Below, one piece after another: positions 13,053-25,000 of a stretch of 64,000 nt of DNA. Origin of the DNA: Euglena gracilis (Eukaryota). The position numbers were made by a program, and so were the translations under genes. The notes beneath the pieces were generated by a model. It was not told the origin of the DNA. It saw nothing but the letters and a program-made list of their open reading frames with translations, and made no database searches. Position 1 is the stretch's first letter, and every line of letters begins with the position of its first letter. Location of the stretch: contig CP154954.1 of NCBI GenBank assembly GCA_039621445.1, positions 26,424,954 through 26,488,953 on the forward strand, given 5' to 3'.

Positions 13053-13106
13053 CAAATCCAGTAGGCTGTGCCACTGGTCGGTGGATTCGGTTCGCCCCAC
13101 CACCGC
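13053..13106 (+). other. Conserved 54-nt 3'-UTR motif of the CRE-like elements (putative structured RNA)
   Basis: CAAATCCAGTAGGCTGTGCCACTGGTCGGTGGATTCGGTTCGCCCCACCACCGC is identical at 17989-18042, with a diverged copy at 60703-60753. Stems CCAGT/ACTGG and GGTGG/CCACC. Confidence 0.7.
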
Positions 13107-13680
13107 GCTTTCTCTGACAGAAGTTCTCGCCGTGTGAGGCCGTACCCCAAGGGGTGTACTTGAGCCATTGGCGTAGCCAATCCGCACGTTTTCGGACCAT
13201 CTGCCTGCGGAAAAGAAAATACGCTCGGAGCAGGAATTTTGTGGCCGCACAAATCTGGCTGCGCCGCTGGAGCAACTTTCTCTTCCGCCCTACGGAGGGG
13301 AGGTTTTTCGTCTGCACGCTCTGTTTGCAAAAAATAACACAGACCTCGTCCCTTCAGAACACTCTCCTCCTTCTCTCTACTCACACTTCCTGCTGCACCA
13401 CGGAACACCTGTCTACCCCCCCCCCACCAGCCCGCCTTCCGCCTTTGTGAGCCCAAAGGACCAACCCGCTCTGCCGGATGTTGCCCAAGTTCGTCCGGGC
13501 GTCCACCCTTCCGCTAAAACCCCGGTGGTTCCCATGACAGGGCAGGGGTATCTGTTGATACCGCCGTACCATCCCTCTGCGTGTCCACCACCAGTGGGCC
13601 GCTCAAGCCACGCTGGCCTAACCCGCCCAAATTTCTCTCTCCTCCCAGTGGGAGCCTCCGACACCGGACTGCCTCTCGCG

Positions 13681-13957
13681 GATGACTACATACTCGAGCC
13701 CGGCTGGTTCCGTGTCGCCGTCCACACGCTCACCTACTTCCCTCCCTATTATTGACGCCTTTGCGGCGCCGCACAACAGCCAATGCCCAGCCTTCTGGGA
13801 TAAACACCAGAACGCATTTCTCCAAGATTGGAGCAGGCCGCGGCCTATTTGGGTCAACCCTCCGTTTTCGCTTCTTCCTCTCGTCCTCCGCAAACTTCTG
13901 ACGGAAGGGGGCCATCTGTTCCTTGTCTGCCCTTCCGATCACCCTGCGCGACCCTGA
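13681..13957 (+). pseudogene. Dam-like (phage/DIRS-type) DNA N6-adenine methyltransferase domain
   Basis: DDYILEPGWFRVAVHTLTYFP[frameshift]PIIDAFAAPHNSQCPAFWDKHQNAFLQDWSRPRPIWVNPPFSLLPLVLRKLLTEGGHLFLVCP contains IDxFA...N, NAFxxDW and the catalytic NPPF motif. Confidence 0.85.
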
Positions 13958-14259
13958 CCCGAGTCCATGGGCGGCTCACCCTCCGTTGTGCCGTCTCGTA
14001 AATCAACCGTTCCTGGAGTGACAGCGACAGTTTTGTAAAAATCATCCTCCGCTCTTCAGCGGAGCTCCGCTCTGGAACGTCCCCCCGAAACAATTTACCC
14101 CCCCCCTTTATTGTCCCACCGACCTGCCCCCGGGAGGCCCGGCCGGACAATAAAGGGGCGCCACGTCCGGCGTCCACTCGTTGCGCCTTCCGCTTCCCCA
14201 CCTCCGTTCGGGAACGCTGGCTGCCGCCCTTTTCCTCCCTAACCGCCCTTCTGCGCTCT

Positions 14260-14311
14260 GGCAGAGGTTTCGCCCTGCTCTCCTGCGGCGACATCGAGTA
14301 ATCCGGGGCCC
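14260..14311 (+). other. Frameshifted 2A-like peptide GRGFALLSCGDIE-x-NPG|P
   Basis: GGC AGA GGT TTC GCC CTG CTC TCC TGC GGC GAC ATC GAG T AAT CCG GGG CCC: the x codon is reduced to one base. The NPGP frame runs without a stop into the C2H2 finger and ORF 14537-15028. Confidence 0.8.
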
Positions 14312-17300
14312 AACACCAATCGGGACTCCGCCAAAAAGACACGCCAGAGTCGGGAGTCACAAGCCCCACACCTTCTATACCCCACACAGGTCTGTCTCAA
14401 GAAATGGCGTTGGCCACCATCCTCCCCAGCAGCAACGACGCTGCAACCCGGCCTGCCGTCCGACCTTGGTCCGGGGTTTTCCTTTGCTTCCCATGACACC
14501 TGCCCCTTTGCAGATTGCCCACGCTCGCGGACAACCATGACCCGCTCTCAGGTCCTATCTCACGTCTCTCAACACGTCGCCGCCGGACGATCACCCACCC
14601 CCGAATTTTTGCGAGCTACTGCGACCACGACTTGCGCCATTTGTCGGACCTTGCTACGGGCAAGAGAACGTTGCCAATGCCCCCACCAGGGTGCCTCGGC
14701 CGTCCTCGCTTCTTCACACCCCTCTGTCCCACTCCCCTCTTCATCGCACCAACCCGTCGGGAATGGCACTCCTCTATCTCTCCCGTGCCCAGATATGCAG
14801 CCCGATCTGCAGGTGGTTCTCTCCACCAACTGCCCCACTCTTCGCCGTATCCCAGTGTCAAGTCGTCACGCCATTTGTGACGCCCTTGCATCCTCCATTC
14901 AGACCTTTCTCCGAGCCCAAACCTGGGAAGCTCTACACCGCCTGTTCATTTTTCCGAAACTCGTTCTTGGTGCCCCTCCCAAAACCTCGTCTTCCCATCA
15001 ACACACATTGCATTGCCTCCTGGAATAGCCGGGATGGTAGTACGGACGAGCAAAACCAAGGCCAATGCCACTCCTTACAAGAGCAGCATTGTACTGGCGG
15101 TGGGAAGCGGGTGTCCCAAAGTGTGTGCTGATGGAAGACGAAAAGGCGATCCCGGAAGGCCAGCACCGGGGACGAGGTGTGTCGGTGTATCCATTTGAAT
15201 GACTTGTGCCAGTCCACTAGGGATTCAGGTGGCACGCAGGAGAGTTTGCTGCTTTGTTTGATCCGCTTCGCTCTGACAGACGGCGAAAGCGGCCCACCAC
15301 CCGCGCCAACCCCTCTGGCTCTACTTCTGACTCTGTGGCACGTGGTCAGGTTCGCGGACTCGTTGAAGAAGGGGCCCTCGGCAAGGCTGTGGACGCTCTC
15401 ACCTCTTTGCCCCTGGCATCGCCCGGGGATCCAGCAGTGATGCAGAAGCTCCTTTCGCTCCATCCACAGGGGTCCCCATTACGAGCCAGTTTGCCGCTGC
15501 CTGGGGCAGGCAATACTCCACAAACTACTGACTTCAACTGGTCGTTAATTGTGCAAGAAGCTGCAGCCTCTTTCCCCCGTGGCAGCGCCCCCGGCCCATC
15601 TGGTCTCCGTCCACAACACCTTCGGGACTTGTTGGACCGTGAGGCCGGGACAGGCCCGCTACACACAGCCTTGGGGTCCCTGGCTCAGAAGGCCTGGGAG
15701 TGTTCTCTGCCAGCAAAAGCCTCGATCGTTTTTGGTACGTCAAATCTGATCCCACTTACCAAAAAGGATGGCGGTCTTCGGCCGATCGACGTGGGGGATT
15801 GCCTCCGGCGCTTCATTGGGAAAATGCTGTTGCGACACCCGCAGTGCAAAGCGGAAATGTCTCAGCTGTTCCCGCAGCAATTGGGAGTGGGGGTGCGCTA
15901 CGGTGCGGAGACAGTCGGGTTGGCGGTGCAGGCCGCACTGGCGTCTCTGCCAGTGGATGGCGATTGGGTGGTTTTCCAGGCCGACGTTTCCAACGCCTTC
16001 AACACCATTGATCGATCCGCGTTCCTGCAGGCATCCCTGGACCTCTGCCCGTCCCTTTACAACTGGCTCCGATTCTCCTACGGAGAAGACGTCCCACTTC
16101 TTTGCTAGGGTGACGTGCTGTGTCACAGCAGGACCGGTGTCCATCAAGGGGACACATGTGGGCCCATTGCCTTTGCCTTGGGTCTCCATCAGGCGCTGCA
16201 ACAGGCTTCGGCCAATTTGCCCAACACGGTGTGGCAGGCATGGTACTTGGACGACGGTACTGTCATCGGCCCTGCCGTTGATGTTCTGCCTTTCACGGCT
16301 TCTCTGGCCACGGCACTTGGCAGCGTTGGGCTCCACCTCAACCCCTCTAAGTGTGCCTTGTGGGGACTAGGTGTACCCTGTGCCACTCCGAAACCCCCGG
16401 CTCTTCAGATCCTGCCTCCCGACCACCTTGCACAAAACTTCCCGGTCACTCCATGGGGACCGGGCAGTGGCATCCTGTGCCTAGGGGTACCTTGCGACTA
16501 TCCTGGTGACTGCACCTTTTCTGACACCACGTGGGCCAAGGCATCTGAAAAATTTCAAGCTACCATCTCGCGCCTCCAACAACCGCTGGATCCCCAACTC
16601 CAACATTGTTTGCTGCGCAACTGTCTGGATGGCTGCCGCGTCACGCACCTTCTGCGTCAGACAAACATTTCCGGGACACACAGTGTGCAAGTGATCTCTG
16701 ACTCCATCCGGAGTGCTGCCTGTGACATTGTGGGGGCACCCCTGTCTACCTTGCATTGGAAACAAATCACCTTGCCGTGCAATAAGACAGGGTGGGGCAT
16801 CACAGACCCCCAGTTGAAAAGACCAGCTGCCCGTTTGGCTGCTTGCGTGGGTTTTTCCCAACGAGCGCCCGGCTTCAATATCCCTCCGCCCTGGCGCATG
16901 CTCCCGCTACCAGATACCATCCCCGTCGCCAAACTGGCTCGTGACACCTTGGGCCCGCACAGCGAACCATTGGCTTCCTGGATCGCCAACCCTTCTTCCT
17001 TGGCCTGTTCCACCCCAGATCACTCCACTCAATCGTGGTTGGCCGAACGTTTCCACGCCGTTCGCGTGGCAACTTTGGAGGAGGGTGCACCTCTTCGGGA
17101 CATTGACAGGCTTCGTTGCCAGTCCTCTGCCTTCCTTCAAAATTGGATGACCGTCTTACCATCCAGGTCGGTGAATACCGTCCTAGCTCCGGACAAATAC
17201 AGACTGCTTCTACGCTTCTGGACTGGCTTACCCCTGATCCCAACAACGGACATGCTTCTGTGCCTTTTGTGTGCTGAGGCAGTCGATCCATTTGGTGATC

Positions 17301-17836
17301 ACCTCCTGGCTTGCAGAAGGAATGGCATAACAGAAAGACACAACTGTGTTCGTGACGCCATTTTTGACCTGTGCCAACGCTCAGGCATCACTCTTCGCAA
17401 AGAACAGGGATGCGAGGGTGGCACCCGTGACGCTGATCTCCTCCTCCTGGGGTGGAACAAAGGGAAGCATCTCGCTGTTGATGTCACCATTGAACACCCG
17501 CTGGCCCCATCACGGTGGCCTCTGAACTTGACCCGAGTTCAGCGTACTTTACCAGACACTGAAATGCACAAGAGAACACAAGCCGAAGAACGGTGCGCCC
17601 GCCACCAGTGGGAGTACATTGGGGCTGCATTTAACCCCTGGGGGTGCACAGGACCGGCAGCCTCCAAACTCCTACGCGATGTCCTACGCCTCGCGACCAA
17701 TTCATATTCTGGAACAGCCAAACAACAAAAATTTCAGGAATTGACCGAAAACTTGGCCATCACACTGGCCCGTGCAGTTGCACGACAGCTGCGGTTGGTC
17801 GAAAGAGCCACAGATCGTATGATCCTGAACTCGTAA
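14300..17836 (+). pseudogene. Zinc finger - reverse transcriptase - RLE polyprotein of copy 2
   Basis: CPFADC-x12-HVSQH; SAPGPSGLRPQHL; LIPLTKKDGGLRPI; DVSNAFNTIDR; GVHQGD; WYLDDG; CLLC...DHLLAC; RHNCVRD; RDADLLL; AVDVTI. Disrupted near 15010-15255 and by a TAG at 16106-16108. Confidence 0.92.
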
Positions 17837-18134
17837 GGTGATAATGCTCCCCGTTGCACCAGCCGGAGAACACCGCGCATGCACACTTCACACCTCTCCA
17901 CCCATCACTCTCTGCTTGGGCTTTGCCCTTGCTCTCACCGCTCGACCCACACTCCTTCGTTGTATATAGCCTCGCACCCTCGAACACTCAAATCCAGTAG
18001 GCTGTGCCACTGGTCGGTGGATTCGGTTCGCCCCACCACCGCACAACTTTCTGTGGTAGGGCTCAGCAGAGCCACGGAACCGTGTGAGGTATGGTTCGTC
18101 TGCATATCAAAAAAAAAACCCACTACAAACATTA

Positions 18135-18990
18135 GGCCGCAAGAACGGCCTCACCGAAAGACATAACTGCCTCCGGGACGCCCTCGTCGATCTCTGCCAG
18201 CAAGAAGGCATTTAGGCATTTCTGTTCGCAAGGAGTAGAGCTGCGAATCTGGCACTCGCGATGCCGACCTCCTACTGCTCGGTTAGAACAGAGGAGGCAC
18301 CTTGCCGTAGACGTTACCATCGAACACCCTCTGGCCCCCCTCCCGGTGGCCTCTGAATCTCACCCGTGTCTCGCACTTTGCCTGATGCTGAGCTGAGCTG
18401 CATACCCTCACCCCCCTCTCAAAGTGGCCACCCTCCAAGCACCAAGGGGAGTAACCTGAAATTTTCCAATTTTTTTGGCCACTTTGGGGGGACACTTTGA
18501 GGAGGGGGGTGAGGGTAAAAGGAACCAGGCAGAGGACAGATGTTCGCAGCATCAGTGGGGCTACTCCGGTGTGGCTTTCAACCCGTGGGGCTATCCTGGC
18601 CCTGCCGCTGCCAAGCTCCTCCATGACATCCTCCACATGGCTACAAACCCTTTCGCCAGCACTGTCAAACAACGCCGGCTCCAGGAACTGACAGAGAACC
18701 TATCTGTCACACTCGCCCGGGCAGTTGCCCGCAACTGCGCCTGGCCGAAAGAGCCACAGACCGGATGCTTTTATCCACGTGATAATTCACCCTAACGCCG
18801 GTGCCCTCACACTCCCCCCCCTCTCTTTTTCCCCTCCTCTCCCTTTCACACTGGTCCTCTGGGCCATCACACATAAACCTATACTCCCCAAACCCCCAAC
18901 CTTGAGCTTTGCTCAAGCGTCCGCTCGCTTACTCGCGCTTGTTGTATTTGTACATACTCCTAACCAAACCAGGACTATCCACAACTGGCC
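18135..18990 (+). mobile_element. 5'-truncated third copy (RLE region plus part of the 3' UTR), related to copy 2
   Basis: TERHNCLRDAL...TRDADLLLLG...AVDVTIEHPLAP and QWGYSGVAFNPWG...LTENLSVTLARAVAR closely parallel 17330-17800; frameshifts and a small insertion near 18400-18515. Confidence 0.85.
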
Positions 18991-19029
18991 CTTTGTCCAC
19001 AAACATTTTTTTTGCACCTTGCAGGCACC

Positions 19030-22000
19030 TTGTTCCGCGATGGAAAAAATTCGGTTTCCAAGGGGCGTCTCCCCCGCATCCCCCCCCCCCGCGTCCCATA
19101 CGCCCCCTAGCAGGGAATTTTGGACAAAATGAAGATCCCTCCTGGACAAGTTTTGTTGTCCCTCGCGGACACGTTCCGGAGAACCCCCCTGGACACAATT
19201 ACCATGCCCCCCCCCATATTGTACCCCCCCCTGGGAGCCATTTTCTGGGGGGGAGGTACAATATGGGGGGGGTACAATATGGGGGGCGGCCAAGGTCATG
19301 GTCCATGGTGGGGGGGTATCCCGTGGGGGGGGGTACATTATGGGGGGGGGGTACAATATGGGGGGGGCATGGTATTGATCAACAGCGATAGACACTTATT
19401 GTAATACGTCGGCATTAAAAGCGACAGGCATTAATTCCGTTTTCTTCCCAGAAGTCGGAGGTCTAATTCCGGTTCGGCTTGGCTGAGACAATTTTTTCCT
19501 GTCTCCGGAAGGGTTCATTAACTTTTTTAGGAAAAATTTCACGTTGTGGTTGCGCAAACTGGGTGCTAACAAACATGCGTCACCACCCAAAAAAATAAAC
19601 CTGTTCCTGGACCCCTGACCAGCCACCGTTTTGGATGGAACGTTTTTGGACAGGACACCCCCCAACCAAAAAAGCAAAACAGTACCTCCCCAGTTTTTAT
19701 CCCCCGGTTTTTGCCCCGACGTAAAAAAAAACCTGACCCATCTGTTGTTCAAGCTGGTGTTGTTCAAGCTGGGACACAAAACCGACCCCAAGATCCCAAG
19801 ATGAGGTATCAAACCCCCCCAAAATGTGGCCCACAGCTGTCCCAGGATGTGCCAGGGGGTGGTGCGGGTCACGGGGGGGGGGGGTCACTCACGGGGGAAG
19901 TATGCCACTTTGGAGGTAGCGGGAGGCATAGTGGGTTGGTGTTTTTTTTGACGTTTTTTTTTTGTTTTTTTTTTTTAAATTCTAACAATTTTTTTTAAAA
20001 AAACACCCACTAGGTTTTGCATGGGCAATTTTTTGAATGAACATTTTCAATCATTTTTTGCAACTTCTGGGTAATTTCTGCCAAAAAACTTCCTTCTACA
20101 AAAATGAAAAAAAAAGTATCCTAAAATTGGTGATTTTCGGGTCAATTTTTTTTTGTTTGGCCATTTTGGGCCATTTTTGAACAAAAAAAAAGTGCTTTTT
20201 GGTCCGAAAGTGGTCATTTATGGGTGATTTTTATGTCCAAGATTGGTCATTTTTTCATTTTTTGAAAGGAAACTTTGTTAGGGTTTTCTTGAACGGCCCA
20301 AAAAAATATTCTGTTTTGGGTGTGGCAATGCACCAATTTTTTGGCAATTTTTTTAAGGGGACAATATTTTTGGCCATTTTTGGGTTTGAAACCGTGTATT
20401 GGGGTTTTGGCTTCATGCCCGAACCGGCGTTCTGGACGCCGGTTCGGCGCAGAAATTTTTGCGCCGAACCGGCGTCCAAAACGCCTTTGGGAGGCAAGAT
20501 GGCGTCCAGAGGACCGAAAATTAAAATTGGTTACCACCTCCCCCCCCCCCCTAATTGACCGGGGACCTCTCCACGGGACCCCCCTTTTGGTCAATTAGGG
20601 GGGGGGTTCAATTAGGGGGGGGTCAATTAGGGGGGGGTACCGTCAATTAGGGTGTGCTTCAGCACGGAATCTCCCCGGGCAGTCAATTAGGGGGGGGGGT
20701 TAAAAAATTTTCCCCGGGGCGATTGGTCAATTAGGGGGGAGGTCAATTGGGGGGGAGGTGGTAGTGGACACGTGGCAATCACATCTGAGCAGTTTTGGGG
20801 GGGTATTTGGCCAGATATTGGGGTATTTTGTGCAACTTTGGCCAAATTTGGGGAATTTTTGAAATAGAATACCATGGAGGCTAGGCATGGGGGGGGCTGA
20901 GGGGGGGGAGCGGCCGCGCGGGTGCGCGGGGGGGGGGGGGGGGGGGTCGGAGGGCGGCCGCGCGGGCGGCGCGCATCCTAAAATCGGTGATTTTCGGGTC
21001 CAAAAAGTGGTCATTTTTTGCCATTTTGGGCCATTTTTGACCAAAAAAGTGCTTTTTTGGCCGAGCGCGCGGCCCCCAAATTTGCCATTTTTTGTCCGAA
21101 AATGGTCATTTTTGGTCATTTTTGAGCCTCAAAAAAGTCGCGATTTTTTCACAAAATTTTTTTTTCTTGGCCATGCTAGGCACAGTGGGGGGAGGGGGGG
21201 TCCAGGGGGGGCGAGCGGCCGCGCGGGCGGCCGCGCAGGATCCGCGCGGGGGGGGGGAGGGGGGGTCCCGGACCTCCCCCCCCCCCCGAGCGGCGCGCCT
21301 AGCCTCCTATGCAGCACGGCTGGAATCTGAGGCCATCTGCTGAAAGCCCTTGAGAAGAGCTTTCGATCAATGGGCAACATGTCTGGTGAAACAAGGAATT
21401 TCGACTTTGCAAGCAGGGTTGGAAAATGCGATTTCTGATTTTCAGAGTGCTCTGCAGTGTAGCTGAGTTCTGAGGGTACCAAGTGAAAGGTCTTGGGGAT
21501 AGCTTTCGTTTGATATGCTGTATGGCACCTGCGATGTGGGATTTCACAAATTAAGATGTCAAAACTTGGAATGCACAATCGCTGAAAATAAGCGCTGTGT
21601 GCATAATGGCTGAATCCTGTGGCCATCTATCAAAAGGCCCTTGAGAAGAGCTTTCGATCGATGGGGGTGCGGGGGGGGGACGCGGGGGGGGGGGCGGGGG
21701 GAGGCCGCGGGGGGGAACTGTGGCCCAACCACCCCCACACGTTTTCTTTTGCGTCACCTAAATTTGTATGTGATTCCCTTTGGTCGACCAAAAAACGTGC
21801 CCGGCCGAAATCCGGGACGCGGGGGGGACGCGGGGGGGGGACGCGGGGGGGACGCGGGGGGAACACCCCCGATGGGTAACATGGCACCAGACCTGTGAAA
21901 ACTTCAATCGGCCGACCGCTATGGGAATTTCTGAAATAGAATACCATGGGGGCGGCTGGCCGGCTAGCCGTCCGAGTCGTCCTGACCTCTTCAGCTGGAC

Positions 22001-25000
22001 CAATGCTGGACGGGGGTGTTCCCCCCGTGACCCCCCCCCGTGACCCCCCCCCCCCCGTGACCCCCCCGTGGAGGTTAGGTAGGGGTGGGGGGGGGGGTTG
22101 GGGGCTTCGCCCCTAAAGGAATTTCAATTGAGAAACTTCACCGGTGAAGTTCACCGGTGAAGTTCACCGCCATGTATTTCCAATGAAGAGGGGGGGGGGG
22201 TGGGGGGGTCCCGCCCGAAAAACCCAAAGTTCACCGCCTGATCTCCCGTGACCCGAACAAGCACCCTTTTCGGCGAAATTTTGTAGGGAAAATTTTTGGC
22301 CGGTGATGCCTATTTTGATAAAATTCTCAGGCAGATTCCTAATCTTGAGGCGTAAATTTTTCAAATTTTGGCTTGGTGATTCCTAATTTGGTGTCAAAAT
22401 CCTAATTTTGGGTGTGGGGATTCCTAATTTGTGGAAATTTTTCCCAAAAATTCAGGCTTGGTGATTCCTAATTTTGCTACCAAAAACGTGGTGTTCCCCC
22501 CGTGTTCCCCCCCCCGTGACTCCCCCCCCCCGTGACTCCCCCGTGACCCGAACCACCCCCGACGCCCAGCCGTCCGTCCGGACGAAGCATTTTTTCGCCA
22601 GCCGTCCGTCAAGCCGGATCAATGTCTGTGTTGCCAGCCGGCCGGACCAAAAAAGCGCATCCACACCGGCCATGGCAAAATTGGTATATATCCGCCCAGA
22701 GTCGCGTGCACTGAGACGCCTGCGCTTCCAAAGACCCGGCCGGCTAGCCGGCCAGCCGGCTAGCTGGACCAAGTGCATTTTCTTCAGCCGTCTGGACCAA
22801 GCCCACAAGGTCAGCCGTCCGTCCGGACCTTCGCTTTTTTCACCAGCCGTCCGTCTGTCCGTCCGTCCGCCCCCCATGCAGCACGGCTGAAATCTAAGGC
22901 CATCTGCCGAAAGCCCTTGAGAAGCCCCCCTTATCGATGGGCAACATGGGGGGGTTGGTACGACGTGGCAAGGGGGTCCGAATAGGGGGGGGGGGAACGG
23001 CGGGGAAATGGCGTGGCGAGGGGGTCTCAGATGGGGGGGAGGGAGGGGTGTGCCATGGTTGCAGAATGAAAAATGTGTTGGGTGGCGTGGCGAGGGGGTC
23101 CGTTTAGGAAGAGGGGGGGGGTAAATGGCGCGGCGAGCCCCTCGGAGGGGGGGGGAGGGGTGTACCAACCCCCCACAGCAGGTGCACAGTGTATTTTGGA
23201 ATTTGCGAAAAGGGTCAAAACATGCGATTAGCAATTTTCAGAGCACTATGCAGTGTGGCTGAGTTCTAAGGGTACCAAATGAAAGCTCATGGGGAGAGCT
23301 TTCAATTGATATGCCGTATGGCACCTGAGGTGTGGGATTTCACAAATCAGGATGTCAAATTTTGGAATACATGATTGCTAAAAAGAAGCTCCGTGTGCAT
23401 TATTGCTGAATCCTGTGGCCATTTGTCAAAAGCCCTTGAGAGGAGCTTTCGATTGATGGGTAACATGGCATCACATTTGTGAAAACTTCAATCGGCCGAT
23501 CGACATCGCCATTCGCCCAAAGGAGGTCAAAAATGCTCAAAAAGGTTCAAAAAATGGGTATTTAGGACGAAATTGGCCTGGATTCCTTGAACGCCGGTTC
23601 GGGCGTGAAGCCAGAGCTCCTGATCCGCGGTTTCGACAACTGTGTCCAGAACGCCGGTTTGGGCGTGAAGCCGTGTTCCAGAACGCCTGTTTGGGCTGCC
23701 GCCCAAACCGGCGTTCTGGAACACGGCTTCACGCCCAAACGTTCTGGACACAGTTTTTGTATCAGAAACCCCCAAGAATTGGGGCAGGGGGCAAAATTTG
23801 GGAATAAATTGTTCCCCCCCGAGTTTTCCACCCCCCCCCCCCATCAGTCAGCCACCCTTGGAGGTTAGGCAGGGGTGGGGGGGGGCTGTGGACCCCCCCG
23901 GTGAAGTTCACCGGTAAACATTCACCGGGGGGGGGGGTACTTTCGGCGGTGAAGTTAACCGGTGAAGTTCACCGGTGAACTTCACCGTTTTGATGGTTGG
24001 GGGTGAAATTTTCATGGGTGAAATTTTGCTCCTTTCCCTTTCCTCTCAAAATGGTCATTTTGAGGTTGATGCTTCATGGAATTTTATCGAAATTTCCGAA
24101 AACTTGCCCAAAATGCCATTTTGGGCCATTTTTGGCCAAAAAAGTACTCTCTTGGTGAACTTCACCGGTGAACTTCACCGGTGAAGTTCACCGATGGGTT
24201 AGGCAGAGGGGGGGGGAGGGGTTCCGGGACCCCCCGGTGAACTTTCAAATGGTGAACTTCACCACAGGGGGGGGGGGTCAAAATGACCAAAGTCTACTAC
24301 CTGATCTCCACTTGGCCAAATTCCCCTCCCAAGGGGGTGACTAACTAGAGGGGGGGGGGGCATGGTATTTTGGGCCTTCAAACAATTGCGTAGGAAAAGG
24401 CATCGGATGAATCAATCCTCCAAGTGGCTCTCTGTTGTTAACGTTCATTTGAGTTCTTGTGCTCTTACTAGGGGGAGCACACGGGTGGCCAATGGCGTAA
24501 CGGAAGCCGGGTCATGCTGTTCATCTAATTTTGAGTTGCAAATGCCAAATTTGGTGTGCCAGTTCCGTTTGGGCAATTTTTGGTCAATTGAAACCATTTC
24601 ACACAAAATTTGAGCTTTTCTTCGTCCATTATTGTCCATTTTCCAAGTAAATTTTGCCAGTTTGTTGAGAATGTGACACCAATTGTGCAATTTTTATTCA
24701 GTTGAATACTTTTTTTCAGATAAAAATCCTTTACGAGGACCATAGAATGACCCCAAAATTGACCAAAATGGTCAGAATTTGTCAACCCCCCCCCAAAATT
24801 TGCAAAACTGACATAAAATTATTTCAAATGAGCAAAAATGCAGCCTCCACCAACAATGAACATGACCTTAAAGGGAGATTGACGAAGAAATTGTTTCTGC
24901 AGGATGTGGCTCGGGTCATTTTCGTGTGAGTCATCATGGCTGACGGCTGACCGACGGCTGGCCGACGGCGTGCTCCCACTTTTGGAGTGAAGCCAGTGAA

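Larger units (their letters stand above)
1..13140 (+). mobile_element. CRE/SLACS-like (RLE-clade) non-LTR retrotransposon, copy 1; decayed, split by two insertions, 5' end outside the window
   Basis: The ORF can be rebuilt from 98-1277 + 3111-3325 + 11598-12815: AMTRRV|RSLTAEGASAKAVQILL and EAIR|RFPRPSAPGPSGLRPSHL join in frame once the insertions are removed. The C-terminus has a CCHC knuckle (CTGC...DHLLCC), RHNAVQDAL, RPADLLL and ALDVTV (RLE motifs). There is an internal TAG at 12609-12611 and the final TAA at 12813-12815. Confidence 0.9.
13141..18118 (+). mobile_element. CRE/SLACS-like non-LTR retrotransposon, copy 2 (near complete, pseudogenised; 5' boundary approximate)
   Basis: MTase, 2A, C2H2 finger, RT and RLE in order, then a 3' UTR and an A-tract at about 18108-18118. 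Confidence 0.9.

Noticed and set aside
13046-13106. tRNA-Sec-like gene (CAAATCCAGT...GGTTCG...CACCA)
   Set aside because: No acceptor stem, D-arm or proper anticodon stem can be built.
18077-18097. Group II intron domain V (GAACCGTGTGAG...GGTTC)
   Set aside because: Too short, lacks the upper stem-loop, and is not conserved in the 13130 copy.
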